Below the pieces are notes generated by a model. It ran no database searches. It saw nothing but the letters and a program-made list of their open reading frames with translations, and was not told the origin of the DNA. The position numbers and the translations under genes were made by a program. 42,381 nucleotides of DNA from an uncultured Lentisphaerales bacterium (GTDB taxonomy: Bacteria > Verrucomicrobiota > Kiritimatiellia > RFP12 > UBA3636): contig CAZUAY010000002.1 of assembly GCA_964618405.1 (NCBI GenBank), forward strand, positions 1 through 42,381, given 5' to 3'. Shown one piece after another: positions 1 through 9,380 of this stretch. Numbering within the stretch: position 1 is the stretch's first letter; the number at the start of each line of letters is the position of its first letter.

Positions 1-279
1 TGGCTGTTGGAAATTGAGAGTGCAAAGAACTCAGAATGTCTAGCGACTAGCAACTCGCAACACGCGACTGTAATCGGCCAAGGAAACGATTCCCACAGTG
101 GATCCGATAAAATTGCCTTCCATCGGGAGCTGGCGCAACAGGGCGCCTTCGTTAGCACGTAGCCGTTTACCTAGAACCCGTGCGAAGTCATCGGGGTTGA
201 GCTGAAGGAACATATTTCGAAATGGGAGTCGAAGGCGGAGAGAGCGGAAGTTGCTCGACAGGGACGGGCAACACCTCGT

Positions 280-2235
280 CTACTTGACGTCAAGCTGAAA
301 AGGTCCACAGGGAAGGTCTTCGGCATTGACGAGGTTACAGGCTGGATAATCATCCCAGGCAAAGCGAATCGCCGAGGCATCGACACCATCCGGAACGGTT
401 ACCACAACGGTGTCTCCATCGATTGTGGCTTGAGCCCAAGTGGCTTTGCCCGTTTCGTCAACAACTTGGAAACCGGTTACAGCGGCACCATCAGAAGTTT
501 TGAGCCCCCCTGCGTTTTTGAATGACACGATCAGTCCGTTTTCGGACTTTGCCACGCTCATCGGGATAGGGCCAGCTTCGACAATATCCTTGCGACCGTA
601 GGTGCGGTTGAGGGCGAGGCGTGCTAAGCGTTCACCAACCGTCTTCTTGTCTTTTGGATGAATATCGTTGGGGTCACCAACATCAATGGCCACGGCTGTC
701 CCAGAGTTTTTCACCGTTTCACCGAGTTGCATCATGACCCAGCGCATCCGCGCCCACGCACTGTTTTGAGGGGTGTCATGTGTGTCGCGGAAGGCAGCAA
801 GTTGGACCAAATAAATCGGAAAGTCACCGCCAGTGAGATGAGCTCGCCAATCATCGCACATCGCATTAAACAGCTTGAAGTAAAGGTCTTCGTGGCCCAC
901 ATTCGAACATCCCTGATACCAGATGGCACCTTTCACCGCCAGCGGGAAAATCGGCGTAAACATCCCGTTATAGCAGGCGCTGAAGGAATTGGCAGAAACG
1001 TTCGCGAGATCTTCAGGCCGCTCCGATTTCAGCATCGTTTCGCTATACTTCCACGCTTGTGCGAGTGAAATCGAATCGGTCCCGACCGTGAGAACTAGGC
1101 TATCAGGTGTGCTGATAAAACCACCTCGATTTACTGAATTAATCATGCGCACAGCAATGAGGTTGTCGCCTTCATTTAACAGGCCTGTGGGAATCTTGTA
1201 GTTGCGATCTGAAGCGTTCTTCGTATTCCCCACCGTAACACCATTGACGTAAGCAATGTCTTCATTAGCAATTTTTCCCAAGGAAAGCATCGCATCTTTT
1301 GCTGCCTGCTCAGGTGTTAGTACAACACTCAGCCGGTACCAAACGAGACCATCGAACGCAGGGTTGATATGGCCTTCTACGGTCTGCGGCAATTGAACTG
1401 TCTTCCATGCAGAGTCATCAAACTTTAGGTCGAAAGGTTTCACTGAGCCTTCCGATAGGGGATCCAGCTCTGCTTTCCACGCCTCAAGCACTTCTGGGAA
1501 TTGGGCGGCCCCGCCACCGTTCCATCGCTCAATCTCCTCGCGCCGAGTTTCAACGAGAGGTCGAAGCTCCTCAACTTTGGCAATGCTGTCCAGCGAGAGC
1601 CATGTCTGGATATAGGTTCCGCTCCAGGTTACATCGACGAGGCCAATCGGAACATCGGAGAGTTCTTTCTTCAACGCGGCGACAAAAAAGTAACCGCACG
1701 CAGAGATTCGCTTCGCCGTCGCCGGTGTGCAAACCGCCCACTTCGCAGAAAACGTATCGACTGGCTCAAAGCTGACCTTTCTCGGAATATTCAGTAATCG
1801 AATTTCCGGGTAGGTATTGTTCTCGATATCTTCTTTGCCACGCGTTAACCCCCAACTATAAGACATCTCCATGTTCGATTGACCCGAGCATATCCACACA
1901 TCGCCGAAGAGCAGGTTCGTGAGGGCAATCGTCCCCGCTCCCTCTGAACTGACAAAAAGAGAATACTGTCCGCCTGCAGAAAAAGGCTTCGTCTTAGCAA
2001 GCCACTTTCCCGAGTCGTCCGCGAGCGCAGAGGTTTCGAAAACGATACTTTCATCCTTTTCGATTTTAACTTCAACTCTTGCATTTGGCGCTGCAACACC
2101 CCAGATTGGCGCTGGCAGATCACGCTGGATCACGGCATTGTCGGAGAGAACGCTGGCCAGTGACAGCGGATCAGCAAACGCTGCTGATATTCCTGCTAGT
2201 GAAGCAATACTAATGAATAATTTACGAAATTTCAT
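280..2235 (-). CDS. Secreted sialate O-acetylesterase-like SGNH carbohydrate esterase
   Basis: 651-aa ORF. It has a signal peptide (MKFRKLFISIASLAGISAAFA), the nucleophile block GDVWICSGQSNME, and the distal block DVGDPNDIHPKDKKTVGERLA typical of the sialate 9-O-acetylesterase family. It is a paralog of 6300-8201. Confidence 0.8.
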   Translation of the reverse strand: MKFRKLFISIASLAGISAAFADPLSLASVLSDNAVIQRDLPAPIWGVAAPNARVEVKIEKDESIVFETSALADDSGKWLAKTKPFSAGGQYSLFVSSEGAGTIALTNLLFGDVWICSGQSNMEMSYSWGLTRGKEDIENNTYPEIRLLNIPRKVSFEPVDTFSAKWAVCTPATAKRISACGYFFVAALKKELSDVPIGLVDVTWSGTYIQTWLSLDSIAKVEELRPLVETRREEIERWNGGGAAQFPEVLEAWKAELDPLSEGSVKPFDLKFDDSAWKTVQLPQTVEGHINPAFDGLVWYRLSVVLTPEQAAKDAMLSLGKIANEDIAYVNGVTVGNTKNASDRNYKIPTGLLNEGDNLIAVRMINSVNRGGFISTPDSLVLTVGTDSISLAQAWKYSETMLKSERPEDLANVSANSFSACYNGMFTPIFPLAVKGAIWYQGCSNVGHEDLYFKLFNAMCDDWRAHLTGGDFPIYLVQLAAFRDTHDTPQNSAWARMRWVMMQLGETVKNSGTAVAIDVGDPNDIHPKDKKTVGERLARLALNRTYGRKDIVEAGPIPMSVAKSENGLIVSFKNAGGLKTSDGAAVTGFQVVDETGKATWAQATIDGDTVVVTVPDGVDASAIRFAWDDYPACNLVNAEDLPCGPFQLDVK

Positions 2236-2348
2236 GTTTTACCTATTCTCTGTTTAGATTCGAGTCTTTGTTACGGGGTGGAATGTCACGTGTGAATTCC
2301 AAGTCCAGCGAGGTCTTGGTAGGCTGCGATTGTTCTGCCGAAAGTGGA

Positions 2349-3995
2349 CTATAGAATTCGGGAATGAGCTTTGCCTTTTATATACTCACGAAGCGCAGGT
2401 TTATTAATTTTGTAGAGGCCACGGCAACGCAATGGGATTTGCGTAAAAAAGCGCGTATCAGTCATCAGTAACCCTTCATTTTTAAGCCAGTCGTCGCCAA
2501 ATGATGCAATGAAGTCAGCATCTCGATCCACAAGAGCTTGCCCAAAAGTCTTCTCACCCCTGATATACGGCCAAATCGTGTGCTCGGTAACGCCTCCTCC
2601 GTCAATAATATACCGCCTTCCAAAAAACCCTATTCCTCCAGCCTGATAGAGTGCAACCCTTGTCGAAGGAGGGGTATGTTTTGCAAGCGCTTCACCGATC
2701 TGATAGTCCAACATATAGAAATATTGCGACATCATACGGTAGTGTTTGATGTGATGGCTATAGCCGAATAGCATCATAACCGCCAGAGACACCGCAATCA
2801 TCAAGGTCAGAACTTTGGTTGCCAGTTTGCAGAAGCCCACACGACCTCCGGCGAGAGCAAGTTTTGACAAACGCCCCTTAAAATCAACATGCCATAATCC
2901 CGCCAGGAAAACCGACAGATACATCAAGGTGAGGGTATAATCAAAAGGGAAATACCGTTCATTATCCGCAAAAATTGGATTTTTGAATCCGGCAACAAGG
3001 ATATGAACCGGCATGTACAGCAGGGGGAGCAAATTCCGCGGTTGCTTTCGAAGAAACGGAATCGATGCCAACGAAAAGAGAAATAGCGGGACAACACGCC
3101 GAAATTTCATGAAAGCCGTTTCACCTATTTGGGAAACGACCAAACTAGTGTCAAATGCACTCGGATTGTACATACGTAAAGCCGACCACCAATACTTCGC
3201 AGTTTCTGAAAAGGGAACGCGATGTGTTTTCATGGCTACTGTCGATGGCATAAAATCTCCAGAAATGTGCTTACACCATAAAGCCCACGGAAAGACAATC
3301 ATGAAAAAAAATCCCGCGAGTCTGATGCCAGCAAAGAGATGCTTTTTCGCAGCAACCCTGTCTTTTCTGTACAGGGCAAAAACAAGGGATAAAGCAGGAT
3401 CAAGCCCAAGCACGAATAAAAGAAAAACGCCCTCGGGCCTGCACAATGTCGCGAGGCCTACAAAAAATCCCGCGAGTCCATACCGCTTACGAAAAAAACT
3501 CAAGATGGCAGCAAGACCTAACGCAATATACAGGATCGGCTCCATGCCACAGAAGGCAAAGAAGGCCAAATATCCCCAAAGACCAAACAATAGGGAAAAT
3601 ATCACGGCGGCGACGTATCCCTTTATCCGATACGCCACAAGACTGCCAAGAATAAACGAGGAAACATAACAGATCGTCCCCACAACCGTAACATCTATAT
3701 TCCAGTTCGCCCCTCCGTGTAAAGCATGAGAAAAAGAAAGTAAAAGACAATAAAGAGGTGCAGTAATTCCTGTTGATATTTCCCCTGGGTTATAGGAAAA
3801 AAACTCGTATCGCTCGAGTGCGTTGCGTGCGAAATTCAAGATGATGTAACTGTCATCAATTGGCAAGTAGTTCGGCAAAGCTCGAATGAAATTGAAGAGT
3901 CGGCTAAAGGAAACGGCTGCAATGAGCACAAAAGGTAAGAGCCGGACCATCCAAGTTGTTATCGTTTTGTGCTTCTCTAAGAAATTATTGTCCAT
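2349..3995 (-). CDS. Polytopic membrane protein, GT-C fold (ArnT/PMT-like) glycosyltransferase candidate
   Basis: 548-aa ORF with about 10 or more hydrophobic segments over the first ~400 aa and a soluble C-terminal tail. An acidic motif (LPIDDSYI) follows the first TM segment, as in the first loop of GT-C enzymes. It sits next to GT4 and UXS genes. The family assignment is inferred, not searched. Confidence 0.5.
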   Translation of the reverse strand: MDNNFLEKHKTITTWMVRLLPFVLIAAVSFSRLFNFIRALPNYLPIDDSYIILNFARNALERYEFFSYNPGEISTGITAPLYCLLLSFSHALHGGANWNIDVTVVGTICYVSSFILGSLVAYRIKGYVAAVIFSLLFGLWGYLAFFAFCGMEPILYIALGLAAILSFFRKRYGLAGFFVGLATLCRPEGVFLLFVLGLDPALSLVFALYRKDRVAAKKHLFAGIRLAGFFFMIVFPWALWCKHISGDFMPSTVAMKTHRVPFSETAKYWWSALRMYNPSAFDTSLVVSQIGETAFMKFRRVVPLFLFSLASIPFLRKQPRNLLPLLYMPVHILVAGFKNPIFADNERYFPFDYTLTLMYLSVFLAGLWHVDFKGRLSKLALAGGRVGFCKLATKVLTLMIAVSLAVMMLFGYSHHIKHYRMMSQYFYMLDYQIGEALAKHTPPSTRVALYQAGGIGFFGRRYIIDGGGVTEHTIWPYIRGEKTFGQALVDRDADFIASFGDDWLKNEGLLMTDTRFFTQIPLRCRGLYKINKPALREYIKGKAHSRIL

Positions 3996-4080
3996 AAAGA
4001 CCTAAGCTCCTCCAAACAGAAACTGGTAGTAATAATAACATTTATACTGGAACAAGATCAATGAAGAATTATAAAAAACG

Positions 4081-4120
4081 GTAATCGGTCAGGCACAGGG
4101 GGCTGTGCCTGACCGATTAC
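4081..4120. repeat. 40-bp perfect palindromic element, copy 1 (18-bp arms, GGGG loop)
   Basis: Sequence is gtaatcggtcaggcacag-gggg-ctgtgcctgaccgattac. It is the exact reverse complement of 28257-28296. It lies between divergently transcribed genes, so it is not needed as a terminator here. Confidence 0.85.
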
Positions 4121-4165
4121 GCAGATGATTGACATTTCACTTGCTTAACCTGACATAAAATCAGT

Positions 4166-4942
4166 ATGATTAATTTTCATGATATTCTGTCAGCTTACAA
4201 CGATAAGGAAAGGACAAGCACGATGCGGCTTCATTACGCTTTAGCGCCTAAAAAACTTAAGGAAATCTTTGGTTGTCTCTGGCACACGTATGGATTTAAA
4301 ACCCCCATCATCGTCGTTTCTCGATTCATCCGGTACCTCTGGGTTCTTCTTTTCAGATCAAAGAAAACATTCAGTCTGGACGGTCGAGTTTACCACTATG
4401 CCACGCATCTTTCAAACGCGACCTTTCGAGTTGAAAGAGCAGTAGAGATCCCACTCGCAATCGAAATGTTTCCGTGGGCCGGCGCTATCCTCGAAATAGG
4501 GAACGTCCTGTCCCAATACATCCGATTTTCCCATGACATTGTGGACAAGTATGAAAAAGGCGATGGAGTTCAAAACATTGATATCGTTGATTACAGCCCA
4601 GAGCAACGCTATGACTTGATCGTCTGCATTTCGACGCTTGAACATGTCGGCTGGGATGAAACGCCAAAAGAGCCGGAAAAAATTCTTACAGCAATCGAAG
4701 CTATTAAGAAGCTTCTCTCAGACAAAGGAAAGTTACTTATCACCGTTCCACTCGGCTACAATGAGTTCCTTGACCAATGCATCGCAGATGGAAGGCTTGG
4801 ATTCTCCCGTACACTTTTCATGAAACGTATTTCCCACATGAACGACTGGGTGGAAACGAATTTCGAAGACGCTTCTGCGCATAAATATGGCGAAATCTAT
4901 CCGTGTGCAAATGGGATCGCCATTGGTATTTTTGAAAAATGA
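4166..4942 (+). CDS. Class I SAM-dependent methyltransferase-like protein
   Basis: 258-aa ORF. It has a degenerate motif I (AILEIGNV) and a DLIVCISTLEHV block typical of Methyltransf_11/23-type folds. The local sequence looks AT-richer than the flanks. Confidence 0.45.
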   Translation: MINFHDILSAYNDKERTSTMRLHYALAPKKLKEIFGCLWHTYGFKTPIIVVSRFIRYLWVLLFRSKKTFSLDGRVYHYATHLSNATFRVERAVEIPLAIEMFPWAGAILEIGNVLSQYIRFSHDIVDKYEKGDGVQNIDIVDYSPEQRYDLIVCISTLEHVGWDETPKEPEKILTAIEAIKKLLSDKGKLLITVPLGYNEFLDQCIADGRLGFSRTLFMKRISHMNDWVETNFEDASAHKYGEIYPCANGIAIGIFEK

Positions 4943-4976
4943 TCTCCTCAAGGGCTTCCCCAGTACAGTCCAAATC

Positions 4977-6158
4977 ATGAAAACGAAAAGCATACAGTGG
5001 ATATTGAATGGATGTGGTATGGAGGCCGGAAGCATAACCGGTGGGCCGGTCCGGTTTCATGAGGTGTCAAGACGGTGGCTGGATGAGTATCCTGAGGTAC
5101 GTCAACATTTGATGACCACGCCCGGGGGACGCGGCATGCTCTCGGGTATGGGGTGCACTCTGCCGATGACCGTTGTTAGCGCTTCGTTGTTCGCTCGGAA
5201 AGAGCTTTTCAGAATGTCGCGCTTGTGGTCCTACGTTCTCTCGGCAATGGATAGTAGTCGGCGTGTCAATAAGATGTCGCCTTGCGATGCTGTCATCACC
5301 GTCAGCGACTATTTTTGCGACATCGTGCCCGCGCTGGCGATGAAGCGCAAGTGGTCGACGTGCCGCTGGACGGCATGGATACATCATCGTGAACTCCCAC
5401 CTTCGCAACGCCCAGGGAATCGCATCGCCAATACGCTTACGTGGAAAATGCAAGAATGGAGTCTCAAACAAATCGCCCGTCATGCTGATGCCGCGTGGGT
5501 TTACGATACGGATGCTGGAGATCTTGTTAAGGAACGACTTCTCCAGCTTGGGATGCCTTCGAGTCGAATCCGTATTATGAAATGCGGAATTAATCTCAGC
5601 CAGATTTCAGAGGTAAAAGAAGCAAAAAAAACGGTTGATGCTGTCATGGTCGGTATCCGTCCTAACAAAGGGCTACACGACATTTTGCCCGTTTGGGAGG
5701 AAGTCCTGAAACTTCGTCCCGGCACAACGCTTCGGTTGATGGGTGGCATGAGCGGAGAGACGGAGCTTCTCAAGGAAATCAAACAAAGAGGTTTCGACAA
5801 TTTGATCGAAGCTTTTCGGCCCAAGGGTGGCTTTCTTCCTGCTCCTGAGTATTACGCCAAGCTGAAGGAAGCAAAGATTCTCTTCGCGCCAAGCCATGAA
5901 GAAGGCTGGGGCATGGCGGTGTGTGAAGCGATGGCAGCCGGCCTTCCCGTTGTCGCCTACGATCTCCCTGTGTACAGACGTATCTATGGCAATGCCTTCT
6001 CTTCTGTTCCCTGCTTTGATAACGTGGCATTTGCGAACGCACTCGTGCAACTCCTCACGGATGCTGAGCTTTATGCCAAATCCCGTGAAACGGGATTGAT
6101 CTGCGCCGCTGGGTATGACTGGGCAGCCATCGCCGAGAGCGACGCAGTCGCCTTATAG
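4977..6158 (+). CDS. Glycosyltransferase family 4 (GT-B, RfaB-like)
   Basis: The C-terminal Glycos_transf_1 signature is EEGWGMAVCEAMAAGLPVVAYD. The tracked ORF starts at 4887 and overlaps the upstream gene. The ATG at 4977 (MKTKSIQWILNG...) is the more plausible start, but the start remains uncertain. Confidence 0.8.
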   Translation: MKTKSIQWILNGCGMEAGSITGGPVRFHEVSRRWLDEYPEVRQHLMTTPGGRGMLSGMGCTLPMTVVSASLFARKELFRMSRLWSYVLSAMDSSRRVNKMSPCDAVITVSDYFCDIVPALAMKRKWSTCRWTAWIHHRELPPSQRPGNRIANTLTWKMQEWSLKQIARHADAAWVYDTDAGDLVKERLLQLGMPSSRIRIMKCGINLSQISEVKEAKKTVDAVMVGIRPNKGLHDILPVWEEVLKLRPGTTLRLMGGMSGETELLKEIKQRGFDNLIEAFRPKGGFLPAPEYYAKLKEAKILFAPSHEEGWGMAVCEAMAAGLPVVAYDLPVYRRIYGNAFSSVPCFDNVAFANALVQLLTDAELYAKSRETGLICAAGYDWAAIAESDAVAL

Positions 6159-6173
6159 CCGAAATTTCAGAAC

Positions 6174-6200
6174 AACGCCTTAAAACGGCGTTTTTCCTTG
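6174..6200 (+). terminator. Rho-independent terminator candidate after the GT4 gene
   Basis: Stem aacgcc/ggcgtt (6174-6179 and 6187-6192) is followed by tttttccttgtttt. Confidence 0.5.
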
Positions 6201-6299
6201 TTTTGACTGCGCTGAAAAGGTAGACTTCATGGCTATTCAAATAAGCACCGTGGAGTGCTTCCTTAATTTACCCCGACGAGCAGTTTTTTCAATACAGAA

Positions 6300-8201
6300 A
6301 TGAAACTTAACTCCCTGTTCACCGACCACGCAGTCCTACAACGCGATATCAGCGTCCCCGTCTGGGGATCCACGTTACCGAATATCAAAATCAGAGCCGA
6401 AATTGCCGGAATCACGACACGAACGATTGCCAGCCCGAGTGGATTTTTCACCCTTCGCTTCCCTCCCCTACCCGTCGGCGGACCTTATACACTCAGCATC
6501 ACTTCCAACGACAAAAATGAGTGCGTTCGTATCGAGGATGTCATGGTGGGCGAAGTCTGGGTGTGCTCAGGCCAATCAAACATGGAGTTTCCACTTTCGA
6601 GAGCATACGCTGACCCAGAGCCGTCCGATTCCGATGCGATCCGTATGATCACGGTTCCCAAAGTAGCACCCATGGGACGCCAGAGCGACTTCGCTGGCAA
6701 ATGGCAAACCTGCACGATTGAAAACGCCCAGACCTTCTCAGCCGTTGGCTACTTCTTTGCCAAGCGTCTCCATGCCGAGTTGAAAGTTCCTGTGGGCATG
6801 ATCCACTCGTCTTGGGGCGGCGCACGTATCGAAGCGTGGACTTCTCGCGAAAGCCTTGTCAAATCACCCATCACCGCACAGATGGTCACGGAATATGAAG
6901 CGAATATTGCTCGCGATGATTACTGGGGGAAAGCAGCTTCACCTCCTAACTTTCCACTGGATCCTGGGAATATGGGAGAAGAAAAAGGCTGGGCGAAACC
7001 AGAGTTTAACGAGACAGCATGGAGCAAGGTCAATCTTCCCGCCTCCTTCGCGCAGTGTCAGGAGCCCACTACAAATGGGTCATTCTGGTTCAGGAAAACC
7101 GTGCAAATCCCTTCAACGTGGGTTGGCAAAGAACTGCTTGTCCACATTGGCTCTGCTGATAAGCACGACGTTACCTACTTCAATGGAACGAAAATCGGCG
7201 CTACCGGAACAGGGCTCGAAGAGCAATATTGGGCGCAGCCCCGACACTACAGCGTTTCTTCATCGCTTAATACCTCAGATCAGGTTAGCGTAGCCATACG
7301 CGTCTGGTCTTTTGCATTCGCTGGCGGCTTGGGAGGACCTGGGAATGAGATGCGAATTGAACTTGCGACAGGTTCGAACGAAACAGTTTCTCTCGCTGGT
7401 GAATGGCTGTGCAAAATCGAACATGACGTCGGCCTGACGCCCTCTCCCAGCATCCTGCACCTACCCGGAAACCAGAATAGCCCTTACACCCTCTATGATG
7501 GCATGATCAACCCCCTGCTTCCTTATGGAATTCGAGGAGCCATCTGGTATCAGGGCGAGAGCAACGCAAGTGTAGCAAAAGATTATAAAGCTTATTTCGA
7601 AGCGCAAGATAACCTGATCACCGACTGGCGCCATGCGTGGGGTCAAGGAGACTTCCCCTTCATCTGTGTGCAACTCGCCAACTACACAACCCCAAGCGAA
7701 TACGATCCGGCTTCCACGTGGGTGCACATTCGCGAGGCGCAGTTGAAAACCACCCGGGAATGCCTCAATACCGGCATGGCCTCAGCAATCGATATCGGTG
7801 ACGCCGGTGACATCCATCCTAGGAACAAGCAGGTTGTAGGTCTCCGTCTTGCCCAATGGGCGCTGGCCAAAACCTACAACCAGAATGTCGTCCCCAACGG
7901 CCCTCACTATGCTGGCTACACGATCGAAGGCGACAAAATTCGCGTCCGCTTCACTGATGTCGGCTCTGGTCTCCTGATCCAGGATCCAAAGAGCAGAATT
8001 AAAACTTGCTTCATTGCCGATGCCAGTAGAACGTTTGTTAGAGCTGAAGCAACTATTGAAGGAGACACGCTGCTCGTGTCGACGGCGGACGTGAAGGCTC
8101 CCCAAGCCGTTCGCTACGCCTGGTCCGATAATCCCGAGGGTTGCAATCTCTACAACGCAGACGGTCTACCCGCCTCGCCTTTCCGTACCGACACCTGGTA
8201 A
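6300..8201 (+). CDS. Sialate O-acetylesterase-like SGNH carbohydrate esterase (paralog 2, no obvious signal peptide)
   Basis: 633-aa ORF with GEVWVCSGQSNMEF and DIGDAGDIHPRNKQVVGLRLA blocks. Its architecture is collinear with 280-2235. Confidence 0.8.
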   Translation: MKLNSLFTDHAVLQRDISVPVWGSTLPNIKIRAEIAGITTRTIASPSGFFTLRFPPLPVGGPYTLSITSNDKNECVRIEDVMVGEVWVCSGQSNMEFPLSRAYADPEPSDSDAIRMITVPKVAPMGRQSDFAGKWQTCTIENAQTFSAVGYFFAKRLHAELKVPVGMIHSSWGGARIEAWTSRESLVKSPITAQMVTEYEANIARDDYWGKAASPPNFPLDPGNMGEEKGWAKPEFNETAWSKVNLPASFAQCQEPTTNGSFWFRKTVQIPSTWVGKELLVHIGSADKHDVTYFNGTKIGATGTGLEEQYWAQPRHYSVSSSLNTSDQVSVAIRVWSFAFAGGLGGPGNEMRIELATGSNETVSLAGEWLCKIEHDVGLTPSPSILHLPGNQNSPYTLYDGMINPLLPYGIRGAIWYQGESNASVAKDYKAYFEAQDNLITDWRHAWGQGDFPFICVQLANYTTPSEYDPASTWVHIREAQLKTTRECLNTGMASAIDIGDAGDIHPRNKQVVGLRLAQWALAKTYNQNVVPNGPHYAGYTIEGDKIRVRFTDVGSGLLIQDPKSRIKTCFIADASRTFVRAEATIEGDTLLVSTADVKAPQAVRYAWSDNPEGCNLYNADGLPASPFRTDTW

Positions 8202-8245
8202 ACAGCCGACTTCAATCAACCCATATACAATAGGAATAAAATAAT

Positions 8246-9235
8246 ATGAACGGTCTTACAAAAAAATGCCTCATCACCGGTGGTGCTGGCTTCATTGGCT
8301 CGCAACTCGCTCGCCGTCTGCTCAACACCGGATCCGAAGTCACCGTACTCGACAATTTGTTCACAGGCTCAAAGTCCAACATTTACGACCTCCTCGACAA
8401 TCCACGCTTCACCTTCCTCATGCACGATGTGGTTCAGCCGTTCTGGGGACAGTTCGACGAGATCTACAACCTCGCCTGCCCTGCTTCACCCATCCATTAT
8501 CAGCGCAATCCCGTAGAAACCATCAAGGTCTCGTTCCTCGGCATGATGAATACGCTTGAGCTCGCGCTCAAGACCAAAGCACGTGTCTTCCATACCTCAA
8601 CCTCTGAAGTCTACGGTGATCCCGATATCCATCCGCAGCCTGAAAGCTACTGGGGCCACGTCAACACCATCGGACCCCGGAGCTGTTACGACGAGGGGAA
8701 GCGCGCCGCTGAAACGCTCTGCGCCGACTACATCCGTGAATATGGGGTCGATGTGCGCATGATCCGTATCTTCAACACGTACGGACCCCACATGCATCCG
8801 CATGACGGACGCGTCGTCAGCAACTTCATCGTCCAAGCCCTTCAAGGCAAGAATATTACACTCTACGGTGACGGCATGCAGTCGCGCAGCTTCCAGTACG
8901 TGGATGATCTTCTCGATGGAATCCAGAAGTATATGGCACTTCCCCATTCCACGATGAGAGCCTTTTTCGATAAGCACAATATGCCGACACCAGTTCTTAA
9001 CATCGGTAATCCTGGTGAGTTTACTATCAAAGAGCTGGCCGAAATGACCTTGGCACTGCTACCCGAAACTGGGAGCAAACTCGTCTACCAGACGTTGCCC
9101 AGAGATGACCCGAAACGCCGCAGACCCGACATCACCCTTGCTAAGGAACTCCTGGGTTGGGAGCCGAAAATCGCCCTCAGTGAAGGTCTTCCAAAAACCA
9201 TCGAGTACTTTCGGAACCTGCTCGCCGGAAGGTGA
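8246..9235 (+). CDS. uxs: UDP-glucuronate decarboxylase (UDP-xylose synthase), extended SDR
   Basis: Has the Rossmann motif [10 protein letters not shown], the catalytic motif [10 protein letters not shown] (YxxxK), and the C-terminal [28 protein letters not shown], all characteristic of UXS-type enzymes. Confidence 0.9.
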   Translation: MNGLTKKCLITGGAGFIGSQLARRLLNTGSEVTVLDNLFTGSKSNIYDLLDNPRFTFLMHDVVQPFWGQFDEIYNLACPASPIHYQRNPVETIKVSFLGMMNTLELALKTKARVFHTSTSEVYGDPDIHPQPESYWGHVNTIGPRSCYDEGKRAAETLCADYIREYGVDVRMIRIFNTYGPHMHPHDGRVVSNFIVQALQGKNITLYGDGMQSRSFQYVDDLLDGIQKYMALPHSTMRAFFDKHNMPTPVLNIGNPGEFTIKELAEMTLALLPETGSKLVYQTLPRDDPKRRRPDITLAKELLGWEPKIALSEGLPKTIEYFRNLLAGR

Positions 9236-9298
9236 AAGAGGGGCGAGGGAGAATTTCTTCTCACCTTGACAAGATTGAGACACCGCTTACTCAGGTAG

Positions 9299-9350
9299 CC
9301 GAGACTATCCTCTCTCGGTCTTTTAAGAGCCCCCGACAAGATTGTCGGGG
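9299..9350. terminator. Two hairpins between convergent genes (bidirectional terminator candidate)
   Basis: Hairpin 1 is ccgaga/tctcgg (9299-9304 and 9313-9318) followed by tctttt. Hairpin 2 is ccccgaca/tgtcgggg (9331-9338 and 9343-9350) with loop agat. Confidence 0.5.
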
Positions 9351-9380
9351 CTATCTTGTTCACTTGCTTCTCGCTACTTT

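Noticed and set aside
40-213. 57-aa minus-strand ORF (MFLQLNPDDFARVLGKRL...) downstream of the first esterase gene
   Set aside because: It has no recognisable motif and no clear RBS, it is below the track threshold, and it is close to the window edge. The support is insufficient to call it.
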